The position numbers were made by a program, and so were the translations under genes. From contig JAUXWS010000043.1 of the NCBI GenBank assembly GCA_030685015.1, positions 26,844-90,843 of the forward strand: a DNA stretch of 64,000 nt. Reading direction: 5' to 3'. The stretch's first letter is position 1. Each line of letters opens with the position of its first letter. Below are positions 1 to 10,244 of the stretch, one piece after another. The DNA comes from a bacterium. Its GTDB lineage: Bacteria > CAIWAD01. The notes beneath the pieces were generated by a model, which saw nothing but the letters and a program-made list of their open reading frames with translations, searched no databases and was not told where the DNA came from.

Positions 1-1936
1 GCCGGAGCTGCAGGGCGGGGCCCAGTCGGCCATCGGCGTCTATGTCCACGAGTTCGGCCACGCCCTCAACCTGCCCGATCTTTACGACACGGATTACAGC
101 TCCAGCGGCGTCGGCAGCTGGTGTGTGATGAGCGGGGGCAGCTGGGGCGGCGGCGGCAGCGGCGGCAACGCGCACGTCCCCTCGGCCATGAGCGCCTGGT
201 GCCGCCAACGCCTGGGTTGGTCCAGCGTGACCACGACCCCGTCGGAGCTGGTGGATTACGGCCTGCCCGCCATCCATCTGAGCGACGAGATCATCCGCCT
301 CGACCTGGACGGTTCGCCACAGCAGTTCTTCCTCTGCGAGAACCGCCGCCTGGCCGGATGGGACCTGCACCAGCCCGCGGCAGGTCTTTTCATCTGGCAC
401 GTGGACGAGAACCAGGGCGGCAATTCGGACGAGGACCATTTCCTGGTCGATCTGGAGCAGGCCGACGGCATGCGCCATCTCAACCTGGGCATGGGCGCCG
501 ACGCCGGCGACATCTTCCCGGGCCAGACCGGCAACCGCACGTTCAACGCCGTGAGCAATCCGGCCAGCCTGCCCTATGGGGGCGGTTCCAGCTCGGTCAG
601 CGTGACCGCCATCGGCGATGCGGCCGACACGCTGGTCGCCACCTTCTTCCAGTACTTTTCCCACCAGGACCTGCGCTGGGTGGACTGGCAGGTCGAGTCC
701 GACAGCGGCGGCGACAACTGGCCCGACGCCGGGGAGGAGGTGCAGGTCTCCTTCCTCCTGACCAATCACGGCGCCTCCCTGGACAGCCTGCGGATCGAAC
801 TGGCGGTGGAGGAGGCGGGCATCGCCGTGCTGGAGGGCCTGGTCACCACCGGCCCCGTCGCCCACGGCCAGGGCTTCGCCACCCCGCCCTTCCGCCTGGC
901 GCTGGCGGAGACGCTGCCCAACGGCCGCTACCCCCTCACCCTGCGCAGTGTGGACGCGGCGGGTTGGGAGCAGGTGACGACCGGCGCCATCCAGGTCGGT
1001 CGCCAGGAGCTGCTCCTCCTGCTCGATGGCGCCGACGCCTCCGTCGGGAGCTGGTACGAGACCGCCTTGAACGGCAGCCACAGCGTGGAGCTGCGTGTCA
1101 AAGCCGCCGGCGCAGCGGCGCCCCAGGATCTGGCCGCCTACCCCCTGGTGATCTGGGCCTGCGCCGCATCGCCCTCGCCGCTCTCAAGCGCCGACCTGGC
1201 CGCCATGGGCGCTTATCTGGCCCAGGGCGGACAACTGCTGCTCACTGGGCAAAGGCTGCTGGACGGCGTGTCCTCCGCCGGCCGCGCGCTGCTGGGGGCC
1301 GATCCCGGCTCCGCCTGGAGCGGCTCGGCCCTGCTGCGCGGTTGGAGCGAGGGTGGCCTCCTGGCCGACCAGGAATCCATCCTGCTGGCCGGCGCCGGTG
1401 GCGCCTGGAACCAGCAACTGCCCGCGACCAGCCTGCAGCTGCGGGCCGGCAGCATCCTGCTGGCCCGCTGGGGCACGGGCAACCAGGGCGCCATCCTGCG
1501 CCGCGAGGATGCCGCTTGGGCGGGTGGCCGCCTGATCGTGGCGGGGGTCAGCCTGGAGGCGGTCCATGGCGGCGGCAGCCTGCTGCCCTTGTCGACAGTC
1601 CTGGAGCGTTTCCTGGGCTGGCTGGAGAACGGCACGCTGGTGGGGGTCGCGCCCCGTCCCCTGGCCCTGCCCCAGGCCCTATCCCTTGAGGCCCGGCCCA
1701 ATCCCTTCAATCCGGACACTCATCTGCGCTTCGTCCTGGCGCAAGCGGACGAGGCGCGGCTGCAGGTCTGGAACATGGCCGGCGCCCTGGTGCGGGAGGT
1801 GGAGCTGGGCCGCCTGGCGGCCGGCTCCCATGACCTGCGCCTTGACCTGGGACGCGCCGCATCCGGCCTCTACCTGGCCGAGCTGCGCACCGGCGGCGGG
1901 GACCGGACCCATGTCCGCCTGCTGCTGCTGCGCTGA
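1..1936 (+). CDS. Secreted M6-family (immune inhibitor A-like) zinc metalloprotease with a T9SS-type C-terminal sorting domain. It is 5'-truncated by the window edge.
   Basis: Frame 2 is open from the window start into ORF 125..1936. The [14 protein letters not shown] zinc-binding HEXXH motif lies at nt ~50-90. The C-terminal ~80 aa ([12 protein letters not shown]...LYLAELRT) resembles a Por/T9SS or FlgD-Ig-like C-terminal domain. The stop overlaps the next ATG (ATGA). Confidence 0.8.
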   Translation, partial: PELQGGAQSAIGVYVHEFGHALNLPDLYDTDYSSSGVGSWCVMSGGSWGGGGSGGNAHVPSAMSAWCRQRLGWSSVTTTPSELVDYGLPAIHLSDEIIRLDLDGSPQQFFLCENRRLAGWDLHQPAAGLFIWHVDENQGGNSDEDHFLVDLEQADGMRHLNLGMGADAGDIFPGQTGNRTFNAVSNPASLPYGGGSSSVSVTAIGDAADTLVATFFQYFSHQDLRWVDWQVESDSGGDNWPDAGEEVQVSFLLTNHGASLDSLRIELAVEEAGIAVLEGLVTTGPVAHGQGFATPPFRLALAETLPNGRYPLTLRSVDAAGWEQVTTGAIQVGRQELLLLLDGADASVGSWYETALNGSHSVELRVKAAGAAAPQDLAAYPLVIWACAASPSPLSSADLAAMGAYLAQGGQLLLTGQRLLDGVSSAGRALLGADPGSAWSGSALLRGWSEGGLLADQESILLAGAGGAWNQQLPATSLQLRAGSILLARWGTGNQGAILRREDAAWAGGRLIVAGVSLEAVHGGGSLLPLSTVLERFLGWLENGTLVGVAPRPLALPQALSLEARPNPFNPDTHLRFVLAQADEARLQVWNMAGALVREVELGRLAAGSHDLRLDLGRAASGLYLAELRTGGGDRTHVRLLLLR

Positions 1937-2676
1937 TGAAGGAGAGCGTGCTGGCCGAGGCCCGGGCCAGGTTGTCCGTGGCGAAGAGGCTGGTCGTGCT
2001 GGTCGGCGCCGGCCTGTCCCAGGAGTCCGGCGTGCCTGTTTTCCGCGGGGCGCAGGGACTCTGGAAGAGCTTCCGGCCGGAGGATCTGGCCACGCCGACG
2101 GCCTTCGCCCGCATGCCGGAGGAGGTCTGGGCCTGGTACCGCTGGCGTCTTGAACAGCTGGCTCCGGCCCGCCCCCATGCCGGCCACCAGGCCTTGGCCC
2201 GCCTGGCCCTGACCCGATCGGTGACGGTGGTCAACCAGAATGTGGACGGCCTGCTCGAGGAGGCCTTTTTCGAGGCGGGCGCGGACCTGGACTGCATCAT
2301 GGCTGTGCACGGCAGCATCCGACGGGCCCACTGCCAGCGCTGCGGCGCCTCCCAGGCGATGGCCGCCCTCCCGCCGGATCCCGTGCCGACCTGTTCCTGT
2401 GGAGGCCGCCTGCGCCCCTCCGTGGTCTGGTTCGGCGAGTCGCTTGACCCGGCGCACCTGCTACGCATGGATGGGACCGCCCATGCGGCGGACCTGGCCC
2501 TGGGCGTGGGCAGCTCGGCCCTGGTCTGGCCGGCGGCCGGCGTCCTCGCGACGGCGCGGCGCCGGGCCTGCCCCGTCATCATCGTCAATCCCGATCCCGC
2601 GGCGGCCGTGGACGGCGATCTCTGGCTGGAAGGCAGCGCCGCGGCCTGGTTGCCCCGCTTGCTGGAAGCCCCCTGA
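1936..2676 (+). CDS. cobB: NAD-dependent protein deacetylase, Sir2 family (CobB-like).
   Basis: Glycine-rich GAGLSQESG NAD-binding motif near the N-terminus. NQNVDGL motif, a catalytic HG, and a CxxC...CxC zinc ribbon (CQRCG...CSCGG). It is 246 aa, the typical sirtuin size. Confidence 0.85.
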   Translation: MKESVLAEARARLSVAKRLVVLVGAGLSQESGVPVFRGAQGLWKSFRPEDLATPTAFARMPEEVWAWYRWRLEQLAPARPHAGHQALARLALTRSVTVVNQNVDGLLEEAFFEAGADLDCIMAVHGSIRRAHCQRCGASQAMAALPPDPVPTCSCGGRLRPSVVWFGESLDPAHLLRMDGTAHAADLALGVGSSALVWPAAGVLATARRRACPVIIVNPDPAAAVDGDLWLEGSAAAWLPRLLEAP

Positions 2677-2692
2677 TGCGAGGCCCCACCCC

Positions 2693-5026
2693 ATGACCCC
2701 TTCTCCCGCCTCCGGGCGGCGGCGCCTGCTCTGGCCGCTGCTTGTCCTTGGCCTGCTTCCCCTCATGATGGGATGCGGGGCCTATTTCAACACCTACTAC
2801 AACGCCAACAAGGCCTACCGCAAGGGCGAGCAGACCTACGCCCTCAGCGGCGCCAAGAGCGCCCGCGCCAGTTATGACGACTGCCTGCGCATCAGTTCCA
2901 AGCTGCTGCAGTTCTACCCGGAGTCGCGCTGGGTGGACGACACCATCCTGCTCATCGGTCAATGCTACGTGCGGCTCGATCAGCACCACCGCGCCCTGCG
3001 CAAATTCGACGAGCTGGAAGCCGGCTTCCCGGACTCGCCCCTCCTCCCCCGGGGACGCATCTGGCGCGCCCGGGCCCTGCTCGCCCTGGAGCGGGAGGAC
3101 GACTGCCAGCTCGAGCTGGCCCGCCTGGACCTGGCCACGATGGATCGCGCCGACCGGGTGGAGGCGCTGCGCGTGGCCAGCGCTCTTCACCGGAAGCGGG
3201 GATCCCGCCAGCGCCTGCTCGAATCCCAGGAAGCGTTGCTGAAGACGGCCCGCCGCCAGGCCGACCGGGCCGAGATCAACGCGGAAATGGCCGCCACCTA
3301 CGAGGAGGAGGGAAACTGGGAGGCGGCTCTTGGGCATTACAACGCCGTGCGGCGCCATCGGCCCAACTTCTCCCTGCTTTTCCGCTCCTGGTTGGGCAAC
3401 CTGGACAACAACCTCCGCCTGGGGCGGCTGGAGTCCGTGGAGCGGCGCCTGCGCAAGCTGCGCAAGGACGAGCGCTTCTACGCGGAGCGGCACGCCCTGG
3501 ATCTGCGCCAGGGCTGGCTGGCCGAGCAGCGCGGTGATCCGGGCCGGGCCAAGGGCGAATGGGCGGCCATTCTCAAGGACTTCCCACGCACCGCGAGCTC
3601 GGCCGGGGCGGCCTACTCGCTTGGCCGCATCTTCCTCTTCGCCGACGACCAGTTGGACAGCGCCCGCACCTACTTCAAGCGGGCCTCCAGCGAGAAGGCC
3701 GGCAGCGTCTGGGCCGACTCCAGCACCACCGCCTTGGCCTTGCTCGAGTCGCTGGACAAGACGCACAAGGAGATCAAGCGCCTGGACGATCTCATTCGAG
3801 TGCGCCTGGTCAAGCTGGATCCGGACAGCGCCCGCCACGAGGCGGCACGGGCCCTGCTGCCACGCCTGCGAGCGACACGGGACAGCCTGCGGGCCGATTC
3901 CCTCCGCCAGCTGGAGGTGCCGCCGTCGGACAGCCTGGTCGTGGCTGGCGGGGAGGAGGAGCGGGATCCGCCGGCCCTGGCCACCGAGGAGAGGGAAGGC
4001 TTGCCGGTCGTGGCCGCCGACACCCTGGACGGCACGCGGGGCGGTCGCGACGCCCGGCGCGGCGGCCGGGTCCGCCTCTTCGATTTTCAGCGCAAGGAGC
4101 GGGAGGCGGAGCGGGCCGACAGCCTGCGCGCCGCACAGCTGGCAGACAGCCTGCACCTGGCGGAGGAGAGGGCCCGGCAGCGCTGGGACGACTCCCTGCT
4201 GGTCACCGCCGTCCTGGACACCTTGAGCCGGCATCCGGCCATCGACAGCCTGCGGCTGGTGGCGGAGGCGGACAGCCTGGCCGGGCTGCGCTTCGACCAG
4301 CGCTTCTATCTGGCGGAGTTCCAGGCCAAGCGCCTCAGCCGGCCCCAACGCGCCGACAGTCTCATGCGCGATCTGCTGGCCGACCAGGCCGCCACCCGCG
4401 AGCAGCAGGCCCGCCTGCACTATGCCTATGGCTGCCTGCGCCTGGACCAGTTCGCCGACACCAGCGGCCTCGCCTGGCTGCGCGGCCTGGTCGAGACCTG
4501 GCCGCAGACTCCGGCCGCCAACCCGGCACGGGACCGACTGGGTCTACCCCGCGCCATGACCGAGGCCGACAGCGCCACCGTCCTGCTTGAATCGGCCGAG
4601 AAGCTTTGGCTGCGCGAAGGCGACCTGCTGGGCGCGATGGCGGCTTACCAGGAGCTGGCCGACCGCCATCCCACCACGGCCCAGGCGGCCACCGCCTTGC
4701 TGGCCGCCGGCACCATCGCCTGGCATGAGCTGGAGCGCCCAGAGTGGGGGGAGCCAACCTTCCGCCGTGTCCTGCGGGACTTCCCCGACCATCCGGCCGC
4801 CGCCCAGCTGCGCCGGCGCCTGGGACAGGAGGTGGCGGTGGCCGCGCCCAAGGCCAAGGCCGTGGCCGAGGAGAGGCAGGTTGTGCAGACGGAGGAGGCG
4901 CACTTGAGTGAAAGCGGGGGCTTCATCGATCCGGAACCCGCCAAGCCGCTGGCGGATCGCCTGCAGGACTTCAGGCGCCGCTTCGGGGAGCTGGGCCGCC
5001 TGCGCGTGGACCAGATCCTGGAGTAA
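2693..5026 (+). CDS. Tetratricopeptide-repeat lipoprotein.
   Basis: The signal peptide ends in a lipobox (LPLMMGC). Degenerate TPR-like helical repeats run along the length of the protein. The provided ORF 2240..5026 extends N-terminally over sir2; I trimmed it to the first ATG after the sir2 stop. Confidence 0.6.
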   Translation: MTPSPASGRRRLLWPLLVLGLLPLMMGCGAYFNTYYNANKAYRKGEQTYALSGAKSARASYDDCLRISSKLLQFYPESRWVDDTILLIGQCYVRLDQHHRALRKFDELEAGFPDSPLLPRGRIWRARALLALEREDDCQLELARLDLATMDRADRVEALRVASALHRKRGSRQRLLESQEALLKTARRQADRAEINAEMAATYEEEGNWEAALGHYNAVRRHRPNFSLLFRSWLGNLDNNLRLGRLESVERRLRKLRKDERFYAERHALDLRQGWLAEQRGDPGRAKGEWAAILKDFPRTASSAGAAYSLGRIFLFADDQLDSARTYFKRASSEKAGSVWADSSTTALALLESLDKTHKEIKRLDDLIRVRLVKLDPDSARHEAARALLPRLRATRDSLRADSLRQLEVPPSDSLVVAGGEEERDPPALATEEREGLPVVAADTLDGTRGGRDARRGGRVRLFDFQRKEREAERADSLRAAQLADSLHLAEERARQRWDDSLLVTAVLDTLSRHPAIDSLRLVAEADSLAGLRFDQRFYLAEFQAKRLSRPQRADSLMRDLLADQAATREQQARLHYAYGCLRLDQFADTSGLAWLRGLVETWPQTPAANPARDRLGLPRAMTEADSATVLLESAEKLWLREGDLLGAMAAYQELADRHPTTAQAATALLAAGTIAWHELERPEWGEPTFRRVLRDFPDHPAAAQLRRRLGQEVAVAAPKAKAVAEERQVVQTEEAHLSESGGFIDPEPAKPLADRLQDFRRRFGELGRLRVDQILE

Positions 5027-5037
5027 GGGGGAGCTTC

Positions 5038-5832
5038 GTGGACACTGCCCGGCCATGCCATGAGGACCTTGTGGTGGACTCCTGCGAGGCGCTGGGAGCG
5101 GAGCTGTTCCTGCTGCGCCTGATCCTGCCTGGTCCGGATGAGGCCGCCGCGTTCCAAGCGGGGCAGTTCGCCCAATTGGCCGTGCCGGGCCACGCTCTGC
5201 CGCGCCCTTTCTCCATCCTGCGCAGCAGAAACGGCAAGCTGGAGCTGCTGGTGAAGCAGGTGGGGTCCGGCACCGCCTGGCTGGCCGGCCGCCGCGCCGG
5301 GGACAGGGTGGCCACCCTCTGGCCACTGGGCCACGGTTTCCGCCACCGCCTGGCGGAGGACGGGAGAACGCTTCCCTGGTTGCTGGTGGGAGGCGGCGTG
5401 GGCATCGCGCCGCTCATCGCCCTGCAGGAGCAGGAGAGCCGCCGGGAGCGCCTGCGTCTCCTCTTCGGCTACCGGGATCGCGCCACGGCGGAGGCCTCCG
5501 CCCGGCTGCATCCCGGCCTCGAGGTCCTGCTGGCCACCGAGGACGGCTCCCTGGGCTTTCCCGGCCGCGTGACGGAGTTATTGTCGCACGTGCTGGAGGA
5601 GGGGCCGGCCCGACTCTTCTGCTGCGGTCCCGCCGCCATGATGGAGGCGGTCGCCGCCCTGGCCCGGGAGCGCGACCTGCCCTGCCTGCTCAGCCTGGAA
5701 ACCCTGATGGGCTGCGGCATCGGCATCTGCGTGGGTTGCGCCGTGCCGCGTCCCGACGGGGGCTACGCCCTCGCCTGCCAAACTGGTCCGGTCTTTCCCT
5801 CAACCGAGCTCGTGCCGGGAGGCCTGGCATGA
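5038..5832 (+). CDS. pyrK: Dihydroorotate dehydrogenase (class 1B) electron-transfer subunit PyrK.
   Basis: FAD/NAD-binding ferredoxin-reductase-like fold (RPFSI motif) with a C-terminal 2Fe-2S motif CGIGICVGC. GTG start preceded by AAGGGGGAG. The stop overlaps the pyrD ATG (ATGA). Confidence 0.85.
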   Translation: MDTARPCHEDLVVDSCEALGAELFLLRLILPGPDEAAAFQAGQFAQLAVPGHALPRPFSILRSRNGKLELLVKQVGSGTAWLAGRRAGDRVATLWPLGHGFRHRLAEDGRTLPWLLVGGGVGIAPLIALQEQESRRERLRLLFGYRDRATAEASARLHPGLEVLLATEDGSLGFPGRVTELLSHVLEEGPARLFCCGPAAMMEAVAALARERDLPCLLSLETLMGCGIGICVGCAVPRPDGGYALACQTGPVFPSTELVPGGLA

Positions 5833-6764
5833 GCCGCCTGAGCGTCAGCCTGGGCGACCTGCGCCTGGGCAATCCCGTCTGCCTCGCCTCCGGCACCTGC
5901 GGCTTCGGACAAGAGCTGGCCGGTCTCCTGCCCATCCACGAGTTGGGCGGCCTCTTCACCAAGGCCGTCACCCCCGAGCCGCGGGCGGGCAATGCCATGC
6001 CCCGGCTGGCGGAGACGGCCCATGGTCTGCTCAACTCCATCGGTCTGGCCAATCCGGGACTGGACGTCTTCATTTGCGACAAGCTGCCCTGGTTGCGCGC
6101 CTGCGGCACGGCCGTCTTCGTCAACGTGGCGGGGCGCACGGCGGAGGATTACCTGGCCGTCGTCGCCGGCCTGGAGGCGTTGGAGGCGGACCTGCCCGCC
6201 GCCCGGCGGCTGGCCGGCATCGAGCTGAACGTGAGCTGCCCCAACGTCAAGGAGGGCGGCATCAGTTTCGGGGCCCGTCCCGCCCCCCTCGCGGACCTGG
6301 TCGCCCGTGTGCGGCGGATCTGGAGCGGCCGCCTGCTGGTCAAGCTGACGCCCCAGGTGGCCGACGTGGGCGAGATGGCCCGCGCCGCCGCGGAGGCCGG
6401 CGCCGACGGCCTCACCCTCATCAACACCATCCCCGGCATGTCCATCGACCTGGGCAGCCGCCGGCCCCGCACCATCACCAACACAAGCGGCTACAGCGGC
6501 CCGGCCATCAAGCCCGTGGCCGTGGCCCAGGTCTGGCAGGCGGCGCGGGCCGTGCGCATTCCGGTGGTGGGCATCGGCGGCATCGACCATGGCCGCGATG
6601 TGGTGGAGTTCATGCTGGCCGGGGCGAGCGCCGTCCAGGTGGGCACCGCCTCCTTCGCCCGGCCGCGGCGGGCCCGCGAGATCCTGTCCGAATTCGAGGC
6701 GTGGCTGGATGCCGAGGGCGTGGCCACCGCCGCGGAGTTGATCGGTGCCCTTCGGCCCTGGTAG
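5829..6764 (+). CDS. pyrD: Dihydroorotate dehydrogenase catalytic subunit PyrD (class 1B).
   Basis: N-terminal NPVCLASGTCGFG-type motif, NSIGLANPG, and the catalytic Cys in NVSCPN. It is translationally coupled to pyrK. The provided ORF 5736..6764 has an N-terminal extension, trimmed here to MSRLSVS. Confidence 0.9.
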   Translation: MSRLSVSLGDLRLGNPVCLASGTCGFGQELAGLLPIHELGGLFTKAVTPEPRAGNAMPRLAETAHGLLNSIGLANPGLDVFICDKLPWLRACGTAVFVNVAGRTAEDYLAVVAGLEALEADLPAARRLAGIELNVSCPNVKEGGISFGARPAPLADLVARVRRIWSGRLLVKLTPQVADVGEMARAAAEAGADGLTLINTIPGMSIDLGSRRPRTITNTSGYSGPAIKPVAVAQVWQAARAVRIPVVGIGGIDHGRDVVEFMLAGASAVQVGTASFARPRRAREILSEFEAWLDAEGVATAAELIGALRPW

Positions 6765-6767
6765 GGA

Positions 6768-7247
6768 TCAGGGCAGGGAGAGCACGCGCACCTCCACCTC
6801 GGCCGTGCCGGCCTCGAGAAAGCCCAGCCGGCGGGCCGCCTCGCGGCTCAAATCCAATTCCCGTCCCTCCTTGAAGGGTCCGCGATCATTGACCCGCACC
6901 TCCAACTTGCGTCCGTTGGCCAGGTTCGTCACCTGCAGCCAGGTGCCGAAGGGCAGCTCGCGGTGGGCGGCGCTGACCGCGCCCAGGTTGAAGGGCTCGC
7001 CCGAGGCGGTGGGTCGGCCGTGGAACTCATCCCCGTACCAGGAGGCGCGCGTCCGCCAGACCTGCCCCGCCTGCGCCTCCACTTCGCTTGTCGGGGCCGG
7101 CGACTCCAGATGCGCCGAGCGGCCTGGACGGCGGAGGGGCTGGTCAGGCCGGGTGAAGCGGGGGGCGGCGCTGCATGAAAGGACAAGCAGAAGGCCCGCC
7201 AGACCTGGCGCCATGGCCAAGATGCGGGGGAGGGCCCGCCGGCTCAT
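6768..7247 (-). CDS. rlpA: RlpA-like lipoprotein with a DPBB (double-psi beta-barrel) domain; septal ring lytic transglycosylase family.
   Basis: Lipoprotein signal peptide (LLLVLSC). The conserved ASWYGDEFHGRPTASGEPFN...LPFGTWLQVTNLANGR...VRVNDRGPF DPBB motifs are present. The provided 320-aa ORF was trimmed to the internal Met at 7247. Confidence 0.8.
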   Translation of the reverse strand: MSRRALPRILAMAPGLAGLLLVLSCSAAPRFTRPDQPLRRPGRSAHLESPAPTSEVEAQAGQVWRTRASWYGDEFHGRPTASGEPFNLGAVSAAHRELPFGTWLQVTNLANGRKLEVRVNDRGPFKEGRELDLSREAARRLGFLEAGTAEVEVRVLSLP

Positions 7248-7876
7248 GGCGCCGTTCCAGGCAGAAGTCGCAGGGAGCCCAGTTGCCTGGCCAGCCAGGT
7301 GAGGCGCGCCACCTGCTCCACCTGGTCCAGCAGATGGACGGCATCGCGCGCCGAGCGCGTGGAGATGGCCACGGCGCCGTGGTTGGCCAGGAGGATGACC
7401 GGCGAGCGGCCCAGCCAGGGCCGCAGCGAGGCAAAGAGCTCCGGACTGCCGGGCGGGGCGTAGGGGGCGAGTGGCACTGGTCCCCCCAGCAGCAGGTGCA
7501 GCTCCGGCACCAGCAGTGGCGCCAGTCCCTCGGCCGTGCAGGCAAAGGCCGTGGCGTGGGGCGGATGGGCGTGGACGACGGCCACCGCCTCCGGCAGGTG
7601 GCGGTAGATGCCCAGATGCAGCTCCACCTCCGTGCTGGGATTCCCACCTCCCGATGGGCGGCCCTGCTCGTCCAGCCGCAGGAAATCGCGGGCCCTCAAT
7701 TCCCCCTTGCAGCAGCGGGCGGGACTGCACAGCATCAGCGATCGCGCCGGGTGGTGGGAGGTGCCGACGGGGGAGAGGCGGGCGCTCAGGTTGCCCTCAT
7801 AGGCGGCCACCAGGCCCCGGGCGTGAAGCAGGCGGGCGGCCGCCTCCAGCTCCTGGCGCAGCTCGGATTCGCTCAT
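7244..7876 (-). CDS. Class II aldolase/adducin-family protein (fuculose-phosphate aldolase-like).
   Basis: N-terminal LHARGLVAAYEGNLSAR and HxH metal-ligand motifs (VVHAHPPHATAFA). Trimmed to MSESELRQ. Its ATG overlaps the stop of the upstream outer-membrane-protein gene (ATGA). Confidence 0.7.
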   Translation of the reverse strand: MSESELRQELEAAARLLHARGLVAAYEGNLSARLSPVGTSHHPARSLMLCSPARCCKGELRARDFLRLDEQGRPSGGGNPSTEVELHLGIYRHLPEAVAVVHAHPPHATAFACTAEGLAPLLVPELHLLLGGPVPLAPYAPPGSPELFASLRPWLGRSPVILLANHGAVAISTRSARDAVHLLDQVEQVARLTWLARQLGSLRLLPGTAP

Positions 7877-10182
7877 GGCCGGCTCCAGGCGACCCGCAGA
7901 CCGGCCACGCGTCCGGCGGCAGGCACGGTCACGACGCGGCCGACGCGTTGATCCGCCGCCCAGGTCAGCCAGGCCGCCTCCGGCGCATCCTCGTCCAGCA
8001 GGTTGCGCGCCCACAGCGTCAGACGCCAGGCGGACCAAGCCTGCCACCGGCAGGCGGCCTCGCCGTCCAGGCGCAGGGCGGCGGGCAGGCGACCGGGCCA
8101 GCCGGGAGCGTTCCCCGCGTCACGCTCCCCCTGCCAGCGCGCTGTCAGGGCCGGCTCCACCTGCCATCCTCCCCAGCACCAGGATGCTCCCGCTTCGGCC
8201 ATCAGGGAGAAGGTGGGGACGCCCGGCAGCTTGTCCAGGTGGCGCAGGCGGCTGATCCACTGGCTGCTGTCCGGAACAGGTTGCCACCACAGGCCCTCCA
8301 GCCAGGTCCGCCGCCACGACCCCTGCAGCGCGCCTCTGAGCGGGGGCAGGCGCCAATCGAGCCGCAGATCGCCGCCGGCTTCTCGGGCGTCCAGGGGACG
8401 TGTGAGCTGGCCGGGCAGCAAGGCCTGGCCACGGGCAGTCCAGAAGGGCATGGGCAGATCCACCCAACGGCGTCCCCACAGGCCCAGCCGCAGATCCAGC
8501 GTGGAACCCGGACGCCAGGCCCACAGCCCGGCCTGGTCGACGAGCGGGGCGGGCAGAAGCCCCTCCATCTCGCCCCCCGCCACGGCGGCGATGAGCGGTC
8601 CGTCCCAGAGAGATTCCACGCTCTTGCCCGGGTCCCACCAACCCGGCACCGTGCTCATCTGTCGGCTGCGCTGCCAATAGACCTCGAGGCGCGGCTCCCC
8701 CTCGCCCACAAGGATGGCCAGACGAGGGTCGAGGCTGAGCAGATCCTGGTTGAAGCCGATGTCCGGCACGTCGCTCAGCTGGAACAAGCCGACTCGTCGC
8801 CGCCTCAGCTCGTAATAGCGGTAGCGCAGATCCATCGCCCCCTCCAGGGCGAGGGCGGAGGACCAATGCCAGCGGTCACGCAGTCCGGTCGCCAGATTGG
8901 TTGTCTGCTCCTCGACCTGCAGCCAGGGATGGCGACCGGTGGTCAACAGGCTGTCCGCGGACATGCTGCCCGCCATGGTGCGCGCCTGTTGTTCCAACTC
9001 CAGGCCAAGCTGCAGGCGGCCGCGCACATGCCGCTGTTCCAGGGCGGCGCGCAGGCCCCAGGCTTTCCGCTCGTCCTCCCGACGAGTGGAGAAGAGGTGG
9101 CGCTGGCCGGAGGAGAGGCCGACGGCGGGCAGCAGGCGGTCCAGGACGCGGTCCAGCTCCAATCCTGCGGATTCCTGCCGACGATGGCGGACCCAGAGGA
9201 GAACCTCGCTGCGATGCTGAAAGGAAGGCACCCAGGCCGCCCGCCCGCTCCAGGACAGCTCGCGGGAGCTGAGATCCACCTGGCGCCACTCCTCGGCGGA
9301 GCACAGGGGCAGATAGAGGCCCGGCAGCGTCGTGGTGATGTCGTCCCGCCGGGACTGGGCAATGCGGAACTGCTGATTCAGCGTGAGACGGGGGGCCGCC
9401 AGCCAGCGATGTCCCAGGGCGAGGTCGTGGTGCTGGTGTTCGCGGCCACCATGGGGGACTGGCTCCTGCGCCCGCACCGAGGCGTCCAGTGTCAGGCGAT
9501 GCCAGGCGCCCAGGGATTGCCCCAGGTGCAGGCCCCCTTCCCGGCCACGGCCACCCGCCGCCTCCATCCACACGGCTTGACGGACCGTGGGCGGTTCCGG
9601 TGTCAGGTCCACGCCCTCCCGCACGCGCACGCCGAAGAAAGTGGGATGGCCCATGGCGTGGAGGCCGCCGGCGGGCGTCAGGACCCCACCCTCGACCCGG
9701 GCCGGCCAGACGCCGCCCCAGCCGTCCTCGGCGGGCAGCAGGTCGATCAGCCGCTGCCGTGGGTGGAGGAGGGGACTGTCCCCCGCCCGGTCGGGGCGGC
9801 CATCCCCGTCCAAGTCGACCCTTCCACCCGCCGTGACCGGGTGGATGAGCCGGAGGGAATCCTCGGCGAAGCCGGCGGCCAGCGTGGCCCGCGCCGCCAG
9901 TTCGATGGGGAGGAAGGCCTCACGCCGCAGCCAGAACCGCATGCGCAGCGTCTCGTGGCCAGGGGCCCTTACCAGCAGATGGCAGGGACCCATGGGCAGC
10001 CGGTCGAAGGCGTAGTTGCCATGTTCATCCGTCAGGCAGCTGTCCTGCCCAACCGCCACCACCAGGGCGCAAGGCACGCCGCCGCCCGCGTCACGGACCT
10101 GGCCCCACAGGCGCAGGACCTCGGGGGGACTCGCATGGAGGGAGACAACACAGCTGAGCAGCGCCAGGGCGAACGTGTGCAT
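7873..10182 (-). CDS. Outer-membrane beta-barrel protein with an N-terminal carboxypeptidase-regulatory-like (CarbopepD_reg) domain. It is TonB-dependent-receptor-like, but no clear plug domain was recognised.
   Basis: Signal peptide (MHTFALALLSCVVSLHA). LWGQVRDAGGGVPCALVVAV...TDEHGNYAF is typical of CarbopepD_reg. The remainder is long, Trp/Arg-rich, with alternating amphipathic beta-strand character. An alternative start lies at 10215. Confidence 0.55.
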   Translation of the reverse strand: MHTFALALLSCVVSLHASPPEVLRLWGQVRDAGGGVPCALVVAVGQDSCLTDEHGNYAFDRLPMGPCHLLVRAPGHETLRMRFWLRREAFLPIELAARATLAAGFAEDSLRLIHPVTAGGRVDLDGDGRPDRAGDSPLLHPRQRLIDLLPAEDGWGGVWPARVEGGVLTPAGGLHAMGHPTFFGVRVREGVDLTPEPPTVRQAVWMEAAGGRGREGGLHLGQSLGAWHRLTLDASVRAQEPVPHGGREHQHHDLALGHRWLAAPRLTLNQQFRIAQSRRDDITTTLPGLYLPLCSAEEWRQVDLSSRELSWSGRAAWVPSFQHRSEVLLWVRHRRQESAGLELDRVLDRLLPAVGLSSGQRHLFSTRREDERKAWGLRAALEQRHVRGRLQLGLELEQQARTMAGSMSADSLLTTGRHPWLQVEEQTTNLATGLRDRWHWSSALALEGAMDLRYRYYELRRRRVGLFQLSDVPDIGFNQDLLSLDPRLAILVGEGEPRLEVYWQRSRQMSTVPGWWDPGKSVESLWDGPLIAAVAGGEMEGLLPAPLVDQAGLWAWRPGSTLDLRLGLWGRRWVDLPMPFWTARGQALLPGQLTRPLDAREAGGDLRLDWRLPPLRGALQGSWRRTWLEGLWWQPVPDSSQWISRLRHLDKLPGVPTFSLMAEAGASWCWGGWQVEPALTARWQGERDAGNAPGWPGRLPAALRLDGEAACRWQAWSAWRLTLWARNLLDEDAPEAAWLTWAADQRVGRVVTVPAAGRVAGLRVAWSRP

Positions 10183-10244
10183 GCGACAATATAACGCTGA
10201 CTGTCGCCGGGTCACGGCCTTGGGCAGTGTGCTAAGTTGGCGCC

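Noticed and set aside
1936-2676. Sir2-domain protein as a possible anti-phage defence (Thoeris/DSR-like) component.
   Set aside because: It is a compact 246-aa sirtuin with an intact Zn-ribbon. It has no SLOG/TIR/Macro partner or extra domains, and its neighbours are housekeeping or secreted proteins. It looks like a standard CobB-type deacetylase.
2240-2692. N-terminal 150 aa of the 928-aa ORF, overlapping sir2 in another frame.
   Set aside because: It is a compositional artefact of the GC-rich sequence. A proper signal peptide and lipobox begin at 2693, right after the sir2 stop.
7471-10194. Very long plus-strand ORFs (907 aa, 780-aa antisense partners, and similar ones across the window, e.g. 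2585..4420-, 19134..21170+, 25385..28417+, 28563..30530+).
   Set aside because: They are antisense or off-frame to genes with clear family matches. Their Arg/Gly/Pro/Ala-dominated low-complexity translations are typical of spurious ORFs at 70% GC.
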